Shown here piece by piece: positions 11,270 through 22,249 of a stretch of DNA of 64,000 nt. The notes under the pieces are model-generated. The model made no database searches and had not been told where the DNA came from. It was given only the letters and a program-made list of their open reading frames with translations. Source of the DNA: Squalus acanthias. Lineage: Eukaryota. The stretch spans positions 107,200,001 through 107,264,000 of the forward strand of contig CM059431.1 of assembly GCA_030390025.1 (NCBI GenBank). Reading direction: 5' to 3'. The position numbers and the translations under genes are program-made. Each line of letters begins with the position of its first letter. Position 1 is the first letter of the stretch.

Positions 11270-12261
11270 ATTGGAGGATCAGCCATGATCTCATTAAATG
11301 GCGGAGCAGGCTCGAAGGGCCGGATGGCCTACTCCTGCTCCTATCTTCTATGTATCTATGTATCTATGAAAGCTTGTAATTTTAAATAAATCTGTTGGAC
11401 TATAACCTGGTGTTGTGCAACTTCTCATTTTTGTCCACCCCAGTCCAACACCAGCATCTCCGCATCATGATGTAATAGATGGCAGGTGAAGTTGAGATGA
11501 CAGAACCGATTTGTCAATGGTGAGAGAGGTTGTTCCAATGAGGTGACACTGGATAGAGAGTTTGCTCCAAACACTTGCAACCTGCATAAAGTTCAATCTG
11601 TCTTCCAAATGTAGTAAGCAACAGTTTCTGAGCTTGGAAAGTGAACAGCTGTGAGATGGGAGCTTTTATAGCGCATTTGCAGCTGTCAAGTAATGAGATG
11701 ATTCCATAGTTATACAACTCCCGACCTGCTTACCTGCCGTGATCCCCGAGCAGCATGGACCCCGTGGGCAACCTGGTAAACTCTGAAGGTGAGCTGAAAA
11801 TAGTTCTTAATGCTCTGTTAACAAGATCATAATGACCTTAATTGCCTCCCCCGCCGCTGCGTGTCGGGTCTGCTCAGCGCTGACAGACCCGACATTTGGG
11901 AAAGGCGCGTGGTGGCGGGTTGACAGTGGGGTCCCAACCTGCTGTCAAAAAAAAACATTTTCCCAACCGACCCACCACCAATCGCGCCCGCTGACCCCCC
12001 ATAAATTCTGCCCCATGTGTCCTCCGCACAGCTTACTGTTCCACCTAACTTTGTATCATAATCAAATTTGGATAATTTACACTCGGTCCCTTCATCTATG
12101 TCATTAATATAAACTGTAAATAGCTGAGGCCCCAGCACTGATCCTTGCGGCACCCCATTAGATACAGCCTGCCAACCTTAAAATGACCTGTTTATCCCTA
12201 ATCTCTGTTTTCTGTTCGTTAACTAATCTTCTATCCATGCTATTATATATATCCCCACTGC

Positions 12262-12718
12262 GGTAGCTATGGCTCAGTGGATAGCAGTCTTGTCTCTGAG
12301 TCAGAAGGTTGTGGGTATCAAGTCCCACTCCAGTGACTTGAACACAAAAAGCTAGGCTGACACTCCAGTGCAGTACTGAGGGAGTGCTGCACTGTCAGAG
12401 GTGGCGTCTTTCAGATGAGATGTTAAACCGAGGCCCTGTCTGCTCTCTCAAGTGAATGTAAAAGATCCCATGCCACTATTTCGAAGAAGAGCAGGGGAGT
12501 TATCACCAGTGTCCTGGCCAATATTTATCCCTCAATCAACATCACTGAAACAGATTATTTGGTCATTATCACATTGCTGTTTGTGGGAGCTTGCTGTGCG
12601 CAAATTGGCTGCCGCGTTTCCTACATTACAACAGTGACTACACTTCAAAAGTACTTCATTGGGTGTAAAGTGCTTTGGCATGTCCTGAGGTTGTGAACGT
12701 TGCTGTATTTCTTTCCTT
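12262..12718 (+). mobile_element. tRNA-derived Deu-domain SINE (SacSINE1-like)
   Basis: A-box TGGCTCAGTGG, B-box-like ggtatcaagtccc, and central gtgctgcactgtc...gatgagatgttaaaccgagg...gaagaagagcaggggag. Confidence 0.85.
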
Positions 12719-13571
12719 TTATTGGTGGACTTTGGCAGAACAGAGGCTCCGGGTGTTTGGTAGCATAGGGGAAGGGGAGGCAAAATGTTGGGATTGGCTC
12801 ACTGGTAGAATCCAATGAATGGATTCCAGGGTAGACTTCTATCTCCAATGCCTGGGAAGTAATGGGGTGGAGTGGATCTCCTGCCCTTCATAGAATCCAC
12901 TTGATTTTCGTTCAATTGGTGGAATGAAAAGCGGATGGGTTATGTAAAGGGTCGGCGATCCGATACACCAGATAAACACCCAGACAGTGAAGACAAAAAT
13001 CTATACCCTTGTGTCCGCCATCAGTGAAAGGAGGGGAGGGGAAGGGTAGGGCACGTCTGACAGCACTGTGAGTGGTGGTGAGAGGGTCCTCGGACTGATG
13101 CTGTCTCTCTCTCTCCCCCTTTCTCTCTGTCTACTCATATCTCTGATTATGTCTGTTTTCCATCCTCTCTGTGTGCATGTGTCTGTCTCTCTCTCTCTAT
13201 ATCACCGCCGTGACTGATAAGAAAGTTTACATTTTCTAACTTACCAACAAAGGTAATGCCAATTAGAGCAAGTCCAAGCTCAGACTCTTGGGAGCGGCTA
13301 AAGCTTTCAAGTGAAAACTGCAACGAAGATGTTAAAAGGCACAACAATTCAATCGATAAATGTAATCATGTTTTTCTGAAAAATGTAATTGTGTGATGGT
13401 TTTATTTTGTTTAAAAGCTTTTTTTTTTGCATATAAGAAATTTCAGTTTCTGAGAAAATAATGGGACTTTTTTTTCCCCCAAGAGGTATTTTGAGTGATT
13501 TGACTGGTTCCTCTTTTATTGCCAGATTCTCTTGACTGCTGATTTATTGTAATAAGTTCTTGTTCCCTCAG

Positions 13572-13671
13572 GTAAAAGATTGACCGTAGCATCGCATTTT
13601 AACTGAAATCTGGCTTGTTTGTCGTTGATCATCATGTCTTCTACAGATTCAATAACTTCACGTGAGAAACT
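13572..13671 (+). other. Candidate host exon with 5' UTR and start codon (MSSTDSITSREK, phase-2 end)
   Basis: Pyrimidine tract ttcttgttccctcAG, ATG at 13634 with A at -3, CT|GTAAGC donor, in unique sequence. Confidence 0.4.
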
Positions 13672-14228
13672 GTAAGCTTCATCTCAGTCACCAGTAGCTT
13701 CATCTAAAATATTGGCTTTTGTTCTGATTTCCGGACTTTAGACACTTGGTTCAGATATGGCTGTGTTCCCTCTGTACATTACATTTCTGATCCCAAATAA
13801 GACAGACCTCTTTTTTTTTCTAATAGGAGGGTAGTTCATGAATTTGGGCTCCTGGCATCGAGCATCACACGCACATCAGAAATTTGGGTGTGGAGGTCAT
13901 TGCACCTTGCAGAAGTTTCATCCATTATCGTGCCCGAATTGCCAAAATACACTCCAGTGTGCAAAGCTCCTTGTGGACAGTGATCACATGAGTCTGGAGT
14001 TTCCTCCTTGGGTGCAAACCTAAGGTTAGACCCGAAAAGGCACCCTATGTTGCGCCCATTTTGCCGATGTCAAGTTAAGCCCAAGAATCCTCCCAATCTC
14101 ATTAGAATACACCCAAACTTAAAGGCTGTGCCTATTTGCACCACAAATGGGTTGGACCAACTTTAGGCCAGGCTCCACACATTTCAGGCTCCAGGCAAGG
14201 CAAGGCAAGCAGCTCCAGGCTCCAGGCT

Positions 14229-15447
14229 TGTAAGGTTTCCAAAATTTGCAGATCCCCAAAACCTAAGGAAAAAGTACTTTGGAACTACCCCAGAGTGATA
14301 AAAATGCATTTGGGCCTAACATAAGGAATTTAAGACCAAAAACCAAGTTTTGGCATTTTAAAAAAGACATGTCTGGACCTGTAAGGGAGATAAGGCTGCA
14401 CAGGAGGTGGGTCAACATCTGTAATAGCAGTTTTAGGTATTGCAGTTAAATTGCATTGTCTGGGAATCGGGATGACCTCACTCAAGCCCCAGCAAGCATT
14501 AACATTTGGACAATAGGCCCTGGGAGAAGGCAGCCCCACCCAAAATACAGGCCCCATTAAAACCTATCAAAACCATGCATAATTCAAATCGCTCAGGAAC
14601 ATTCTATAGAAAAACCCGAGTCCAGCCTAGAAACCCTAAACACAAAACCAATCACCTGTAATCAACCAAAGAGATCGACAGGACGCAAGCCATTTGACAG
14701 TTAGTAAAGTCGTTACTGTTAACGAGGTCTTACAATGACCAGGATTTGATTTGGTTTTGATAAGGCCACTTCAATTTAGTATAATTGAAGGCCCATCAAA
14801 CAGTTACAGGTCAAGTTCAACAGAATTGAAAGCCTGTGTTGAACAGAAGTCAATGCTGGAGTTACAGAGTTCAGGACAAGCAGGCAGAAGGCAGTTTCCA
14901 CAGTTCTGCAAGAAGGCAGTTCCACAGCTCGGAAGAAGACAGTTTAAACAGAGGCAGAGTTACAGCAAGAAGTTCAACAAAGAAGGCCAACAACTTCACA
15001 AGCAGACCGACACGCAAGAAGAAACCAGAGCGACTGCCTCAGTGACCATCGGACACCTCGCGGCAACAAGGGCCTTACGAAACCTTTTACTCAAAAGACT
15101 CTAAACCCTAACTCTCAACTGTCAAGGATTTGTTTGGAGAGCATTATCCCTGGTTCTCCAGAGTCCAACCTAGCTAGTGAAGTGGGATTGGGAGGGGTGA
15201 AGTATTCTTCTAATGTTATTTCCCTTGCTTGTACCGAAGTGTTCCCCACCTTTAGAGTGATAAGAGTGTATGCGTTGTGTTTTACTTCCTTTAATAAAAG
15301 TCAAAGTTCTTTCATCAAACCTGTTGTTTACTGCACCTTTATTCACAACCCCTAAATAAGTCCAAGGTCTAGAACCAGGGGCGTGGGAGCGATTCGAACC
15401 ACTCACTGAGTCAGAGGTAAGGCTGACCCCACACACCACCCCCTACA
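14229..15447 (+). mobile_element. Solo LTR (ERV/Gypsy type), about 1.2 kb
   Basis: TGTAAGG...CCCTACA termini, 4-bp TSD GGCT, and AATAAA at about 15293. Confidence 0.8.
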
Positions 15448-16922
15448 GGCTCCAGGCAAGACAAAGTCATGAACTTCAGGCTCCACTTCTGGTTTCCCTC
15501 TCCAGTCAGATGTACGGAGTAAGCGATGTAGGCGCATGAGCGAACGATTGAGTGCTCCTGCACAGTCCAAAAACGGTCTTTAGGCTCCCCGGACACAATG
15601 TCCCCTCTAACTTTTTTTCTGGATGCGTGGCCCCTTTAAGGAGATGCGCGGCCCATTCACAGTTTCATGCATGTGCAAAATTTAACATTGTAAAAGCCAG
15701 TCCCGGGCTGCGCGGGACTGGCAGAGAGCTGCGTGGCCGCACAGCTTAGAGGGAACGTTGCCCAAACGGTCTTCAGGCATGCGCAGAAGGACTGATATGC
15801 CATGCTAGCAATCACAGCGAACATTAAGTGGGCGTAAATCATCGTAAACAATCAGAGGCCTAGCAAAGATTAAAACCCACACCATATATTTCTTCTTTTA
15901 AGTAAGAAAATTTAAGACTCAACTCGCTAAACCATCATTCATGCCCGTCAGGCAAAGTATATTTATGAAACTGCAATCAGGGAAGCTTTGCAATTTTGAA
16001 TGTGACTTACACTTAGGCCATAAATATGCATGAAAAGGAACAAAAATAAACAAAGCAGGTCTCAATGGTGATGTTTTTTTAAGTGCTGAAAAATTTGCCA
16101 TTAAAAACCAGAAGAATTACTTTCTTTCCTGCTGCGCCTGAAAATCTGGTCGCGATGCTGAGACCTCCAAACAAGCGCAATTAGAGTATATCGCATTTGA
16201 GAGTTTGGGGACATGGCCAGTTTTGTGGGTGAAATTTCATGTGGACGAAGGATTTGAAGGATGGATGTAAAAGATCGAGGAGACTTGGGTGTATTGTGGT
16301 TGCGCACTTACGCCCAAAATTATTAAGCCACACAATTGGTTTAGAACATAAGAACATGGGAAATAGAAGCAGGAGTAGGCCATTCGGCCCTTCGAGCCTG
16401 CTCCGCCATTCAATAAGATCATGTCTGATCTTCTACCTCATCTCCACTTTCCTGCACTATCCCCATATCCCTTGATTCCCTTAATATTCAAATATCTATC
16501 GATCTCTATCTTGAATATACTCAATGACTGAGCCTCCACACCCCTCGGGGGTAGAGAATTCCAAAGATTCACCCCCCTCTGAGTGAAGAAATTTCTCCTC
16601 ATCTCAGTCCTAAATGGCCAACCCCTTATTTTGAGACTGTGACCCCTGGTTCTAGACTCCCCAGCCAGGGGAAACATCCTCTCTACATCTAACCTGTCAA
16701 GCCCTATAAGAATTTTGTATTTTTCAATGAGATCACCTCTCATTCTTCTAAACTCTAGAGAATATAGGCCTAGTCTACTCAATCTGTCCTCATAGGACAA
16801 TCCCCCCTATTCCAGGAACCAGTCTGGTGAACCTTCGTTGCACTCCCTCTATAGGCAAGTATATCCTTCCTTAGGTAAGGAGACCAAAACTGTACACAAT
16901 ACTCCAGGTGAGGTCTCACCAT

Positions 16923-18722
16923 TGACGGGATTTTTACTAGTCCTAACCCCTTTAGGGCTACCCCAGATCAGGCGTATTTCTCAGATGTTCACTTTCAACT
17001 AAAGTTTGAGGTAGCTGAATCCTAAAGATGCTTAATTGGGTCTAAAGGTCCGGACTATCTCTCCCTAAAGGAAAGGAACATCCCAAGAATATTACCGTCC
17101 TCCAGATAGCGCTTTTAATAAGTTTAGCTAGACTGTAACGTTCCGGATATTATGAGGGTCCGGAAAACTCCCACAGAATTCTGCAACTCCTCACCAAAGA
17201 GTGTACAGAGATTGAGTTTGTGAGTTTTTGATACAGAAGTCTTATGTGAGACAATTCTAAAAATATATAGATTTATTAAAGAACCAACATGCAATTTACA
17301 GTTGGTGAGTCAGTCAATCGCAACATTAACCGTTCTAAAAAGAGAAAAAATGCTATCTTATTATTAACAGGGAATCTTACTTTTAAATCTTAACTTCGCT
17401 ACTGTATTACAGTTCTTAAAGTTCTTATACAGGATATCCACCAACATCAAATACCTTTGATCCTCGAGGTACAAAGAGTGGTAGACTACAGAGCCGCCTC
17501 TGAAGCCAAGAATCGCCTTGCCCGATTAAAGCGAGTCCGTTATCCCATTTGAGAGTTCAATATTTATACCCTTTTCCAGTGGTATTTCCTTTAAGGTTTT
17601 CTGCTGATGCAAGCTAATTATCCCTAGTCATTTTTCTGCTGACCTCTGCAACTCTTACAGCCACCTCAGCCAGAATCTTGTCTCATCTCTAGGTGTTCTA
17701 AGTTTACCATATAAAAATGATGTGACAGCAGGTGTTCCTTACTTTATGTCATCTTTACGAGGGCAGATGTTCCTTATCTTATGTGCTTCTTTATGAAGTG
17801 TAAATTACATAGAAACATAAAAACATAGAAGATAGGAGCAGGAGCAGGCCATTTGGCCCCTCGAGCCTGCTCCGCCATTCGATGAGATCATGGCTGATCA
17901 TCCAAACTCAGTACCCTGTACCTGCCTTCTCCCCATATCCCTTGATACCTTTAGCTTTAAGAAATATATCTAACTCATTCTTGAATATATTTAATGACTT
18001 GGCCTCAACTACCTTCTGTGGTAGAGAATTCCACAGGTTCACCACTCTCTGGGTGAAGAAATTCTTCCTCATTTCTGTCCTAAATGGTTTACCCCTTATC
18101 CTTAGATTATGACCCCTGGTTCTGGACTCCCCCACCATCGGGAACATTCTTCCTGCATCTAGTTTGTCCAGACATGTCAGAATTTTATATGTTTCGATGA
18201 GATCCCCTCTCATTCTTCTATACTCCAGCGAGTATAAGCCCAAGCGACCCAATCTCTCCTCATATATCATTCCTGCCATCCCAGGTATCAGCCTTGTGAA
18301 TCTTCACTGAACTCCTTCCATGGCAAGAACATCCTTCCTCAGATAAGGCGACCAAAACTGCACACAGTACTCAAGGTGTGGTCTCACCAAGGCCCTGTAC
18401 AACTGCAGCAGGACATCCCTGTTCCTATACTCAAACCCTTTCGCTATGAAGGCCAACATACCATTAGAACACCTTATCCAGGGTGAACCATTGTTTTGTT
18501 CCCAAAAGGTCAGCTTGTCGGAGCCCTTCACCTTCTGTTTCAATAAGGTTATTTATTCAGGGTCAACAACTGTCTTATCTCAATAGCCAGAATGCTTTCA
18601 TAGCTATTTCATAGTTAGGTTTCTAAATTTCCAAACCCAGTTTGTCATGTTTTAATAAGGCGAGAATTCTATCATAAGATAGTGTATTTTCCTGAATAGG
18701 TTATATGGCTTATTCCTTCACA
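16923..18722 (-). mobile_element. Second solo LTR (about 1.14 kb net) containing a CR1 insertion
   Basis: TG...CA termini and 4-bp TSD CCAT. On the minus strand TATAAA (about 17563-17568) lies upstream of AATAAA (about 17272-17277). Confidence 0.75.
17808..18464 (-). mobile_element. CR1 3' fragment
   Basis: ORFs 18304..18543 and 17908..18279 end in GYGEKAGTGY, as does the CR1 at 9887. Confidence 0.9.
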
Positions 18723-18864
18723 CCATGGCCCTATATAATTGCATTAAGACGTCTTTACTTTTGTACTCAAATCCTCAAGGCCAACATACCACATTTGCAC
18801 TCAGTTTACATGTCTCTCTGGGTGCAAATGTGGAGGAAACTCCAGATCATGAGAGAAATCTTTT

Positions 18865-19150
18865 CCACTGTTGGGGGAGTTTAGGACAAGTGGACAAATC
18901 CTTAAAATCTGAGTCAGGCCATTCAGGAGAGAAGTTAGGAAACACTTCTTCACCTAAAAGGGTGGTGGAAATGTGGAAATTTCTCCCACAAAAAGCTCAA
19001 TTAATAATTTTAAATCTGAGATCGATAGATTTTTGCTAGACCAGGGTATTGAGGGATACAGAGCCAAGGCAGGTAAATGGAGTTACGGTACAAATCAGCC
19101 ATGATCTCATTGAATGGTGGATCGGCTTGAGGGGCTGAATGGCCTACTCC
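18865..19150 (+). mobile_element. Degraded CR1 3' end
   Basis: CR1 3' UTR hairpin region and (ttcctatg)n tail. Confidence 0.7.
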
Positions 19151-20028
19151 TGTTCCTATGTTCCTATGTATTCCACAGTTTTTTAAGGTCTATTTCAAGG
19201 GCTTTCGTCAGCTTCACATCTAGACTCATTGCTAAATATTATGTTTCTTCCGAGGGACTCAGTTTAGTTGTAAATTTACATTCAAGCTTTTAATGTCAGT
19301 TTCGGCTCTTGCAGAAGACTCATCCAAGGACCATTTTCCTGTAATAACTATTGAGTTTCAGATTAGGCTATCTTCTATGCTTTAACTAAGGTGTGCAGGC
19401 TCACTACAGACAACTGTTTATCTTTTGTTTCATCACATCCTTGAACCTGATAATTGAAAATGTAGTGTTCATAGGTTTTAATTAGTTTCTTCAACACAGA
19501 ATTGACACATCTTGGCCAGAACCATGTCAATTTGTTCATCTACCTCAAACTGGACATCTTCAAGTATTTTCAGTGTCTCTCTAACTATACTGGAACTTAG
19601 TGTAGCAATTCTGATAGCTATTGCAATCTTGGGATTGTTCTCCTTAGAGCAGAGAAGGTTAAGCTGTGATTTAATTGAGGTGTTCAAAATTGTGAGGGGA
19701 AAAATTCAGTCGCGCCCCATTTGGGGCGCAAATATCATTCGGGCGCAACAATTAGCGCCTGGCGCTAATTATCGCCACTGACTGGAGGTGATTGGAGCGC
19801 TGAATCAGGCGCTGCACACCTGTCTTAAGGCGCAAAGGCCGAGGAGTGAGGCGCTAACTCAGAGCGCGAGCGCAGCGCAGGTGCTGCCAGTTAGCGAGGG
19901 AACACAGACACACTGGCGCCGGCCAGTTCTTAAAGGGGGGGGGCGATCTTGCCTCCCAGCCACACCCTGCTCATTGCAGCCTTGAATCTCGGCCTGGAGA
20001 GACCTGTGAATCCATTTTCCAGCCAAGG

Positions 20029-21827
20029 ATGGAGAGGGTGAGAGAACGAGCTCAGCGCTTCACCGAGCGGGCCTTGGATGCTCTGGTTGGCGCGGTGGAG
20101 CGCCGAAGACCAATACTGTACCCAGAGAGTGGCAGGAGGCCTTTGCAACGCGACTACAGAAGAGTGTGGAGGGAGGTGGCTCAGCGCGTCTCCTCCAGGA
20201 GCATGGTGGCCAGGACCCATGTCCAATGCCGGAAAAAGTTCAACGACCTCACTCGGGTCGTCAGGGTGAGTGGCTTTTTTGCAATACCTCTCCATCCCTC
20301 CATCTCAACCTCACTCTATGGCCAGAGGGTCTTAAAACCACAATTAACAACACTCATCCAACACCTATGGACCTTTCATGAAGCACACAAACACATTCCA
20401 TACTTTGCATACAGTAAGGGCTATTCACCTATGGGAGGCACATCAGGCAAGACCATGGCTGTATACAGTAAGGGCTATTCACCTATGGGAGGCACATCAG
20501 GCAAGACCATGGCTGTATATTTACTCAGACGCCGTCCTTTTTCTTGCAGGCCAAGCTGGCGCATAATAGGAGACAGCAGCAACGGACGGGTGGAGGGCGG
20601 CCTCAGCTGCAACCCCTCAGCGATCTTGAGGAGCGCGTCCACAGGATTGTGGCAAGCCGGGTGATCGGTCCCGTCGCCACTGGAGACGCCGACCCCGTTC
20701 TGGACAGCAATGGTAAGGTCATCACCTTTTTGTCCTCTGTCCTTCCACTTGTCCCTCACAACACCAGCCTTTGACACTTTCAATCCAACTTACTAACTCG
20801 CTGCACTTATTCCTCCCTTACTGCCACCCTGTCCTCACGCTAAAGCCACTCTTGCACCTCCCTGCTTTCAGATGGTGATTCACCAGCTGAGGAGACGGGC
20901 CCTGAAGCTGCCAGTGGGAGTGAAGCTGCAGCCGAGGAGGAAGAGGAAGCCGGAGCATCAGTGCCACCCTCTCCCGAGGAAGCCCATGCCGACACTGGGA
21001 ACACGCCTTCCCTGGAGGGGAGCAGGGGGGAAGGGTCTGATGAGGGTGAAGCTCCAGGACCCAGCGGGCTGCAGCAACGCGATGGGGGTAGGGAAGCTCG
21101 GGGGCCTTCTCCCCGGAGGGAGAGTATGCCAGCGAGTCCTGCTGCACTGGACGCAGAGGAGGAGCGGCTGATCGCGGAAATGAACACCCAGGCGGTGAGC
21201 ATGCACACTGAGCTAATGGCTGCAGTGGGTAGGGTGCCCGAATGCATTGAAGCACTGGCAAGGAGTGTGGAGCACTTCGCTGCAGCGCAGGCGGATGCGA
21301 CACTGAAGCTCAGTGCTGCAATTCAATCTCAGACTGCTCTCATGCAGACTCAGATTGAGGTCACGCGAGCACTGTCTGCTGCCATCCTCGCTGGTTCGTT
21401 CACATTTCCCCGGGGCTCTCACCGCGCCGCAGCAGGCCAGCAATCTGTGCTCCAGCAGATTGCTCCGGATGCTGAGGTGCTGCCCCGTGGGAGTGCCAGT
21501 GTGCCGGTCGAGCAGGGAGTTGCTGTCCTCGCTCAAGATGACAGCATTCCTGCTGCCACCACTGTCACTTCTCCACTGCAGTTGCCACCGCCTGTAGGAC
21601 AGACTGCTGCCGCCCATGCAGAGTTGGTGCAGTCTGCAGCCGGGCCCTCCAGGCCCAGAACTGGTCGAGGCCGTCCCTCAAGGGCATCTGCATTATCAGG
21701 GCCTGACAGTCAGCAGCCTTCTACCAGCCTTGCTGCAGCCACTGAGGTCCCATTGCGGAGGAGCAGTAGGGTAAGAAGGGGGGAAGGGCGCACGGGAAGG
21801 AGTTCACCCTCGATGTCGGAGATGTGA
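20029..21827 (+). CDS. Harbinger Myb/SANT-like DNA-binding protein, three exons (20029-20265, 20550-20712, 20872-21827), 451 aa
   Basis: RAQRFTERALDALV...WREVAQRVSS...RTHVQCRKKFNDL trihelix motif. GT-AG introns have compatible phases (0, then 1) and the 1356-nt spliced frame has no stop. Acidic linker, coiled-coil-like region and RGRP AT-hook-like motif follow. Confidence 0.85.
20409..20516 (+). repeat. Perfect 54-bp tandem duplication in Myb intron 1
   Basis: atacagtaagggctattcacc...gaccatggctgt occurs twice in succession. Confidence 0.95.
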
Positions 21828-22119
21828 CAAAATGCTGGTCATTTTTTTATTAAAGGCCGAGGTTCGTGGTCAAACTTTTGTTGAGTGTTTTGCACATGAT
21901 CTCCAGGTTGTGAGAACCAGTTATGGTAATGACTGTTTTTTTGTGTTTGTTTGTCATGAAGAAATGACACACACAGACTTTGTAAAATAAATAAGTTTTG
22001 GTACTCAAAATATACATGTTTGGTGTTTGGAATCATTGGTGCCTTGGCCGGCTTAGGGGTTGCGTGTTGGGTTCATTCATGCTGTTCTCAATGGCAGAAG
22101 CCATTTCCACAGCAGGGGC

Positions 22120-22218
22120 CTAGAAGCGGCTTGCTATCAGCCGCTGACGGACGGCCCTTGCAGTTTCACCATTGTGGGCCGCCCTCACGCCTTGGTGCTG
22201 CTGCTGATCATCCTCCTC

Positions 22219-22249
<31 letters not shown>

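Larger units (their letters stand above)
9780..11467 (+). mobile_element. Penelope-like inverted termini bracketing a CR1 fragment, 13-bp TSD
   Basis: 65-bp inverted arms at 9780-9844 and 11368-11432 (1 mismatch), a 35-nt tail at 11433-11467, and TGATGTAATAGAT at 9767-9779 and 11468-11480. Confidence 0.8.
8555..12013. mobile_element. Harbinger deletion derivative, copy 1 (Myb exon-1 remnant on +, transposase N- and C-terminal remnant on -), carrying an internal PLE/CR1 insertion
   Basis: Colinear with 30508-32250 once 9780-11480 is removed. GGCCTGGATTTT / AAATTCTGCCC ends. Myb-like peptide MEGVTARREVLFPSNGQKRPPQETNAAWLHIA...RTRLQWRKPFNNLSRS. Confidence 0.85.
7686..12245 (-). mobile_element. 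CR1 LINE fragment split by the Harbinger-derived insertion at 8555-12013
   Basis: Tail at 7686. RT motifs run on both sides of the insertion (PQGSVLGPQLF...SKF.YDTKLGG at 12014-12153; LEYKSKEVLLQLYR at about 8250-8310). Confidence 0.85.
16344..18793 (-). mobile_element. CR1 3' fragment split by a solo LTR
   Basis: ORF 16438..16800 is the CR1 C-terminus. The sequence ggtctcaccat resumes as ccatggccctata at 18723. Confidence 0.85.
13991..18848. mobile_element. Harbinger-type non-autonomous element hosting nested LTRs and CR1s
   Basis: TIR TCTGGAGTTTCCTCC / GGAGGAAACTCCAGA, with ATG on both flanks (13988-13990 and 18849-18851). Confidence 0.7.

Noticed and set aside
12262..12335. tRNA genes at SINE heads (also near 24870, 27354, 38025 and 43150)
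   Set aside because: The A and B boxes run straight into SINE body sequence and no complete cloverleaf is evident.
19170..19625. Minus-strand coding-like segment
   Set aside because: Many stops. At most an ancient LINE remnant, too degraded to call.
20029..20664. The 211-aa unspliced ORF as the real product
   Set aside because: Myb similarity stops at the GT donor at 20266. The rest reads through an intron and its 54-bp duplication.
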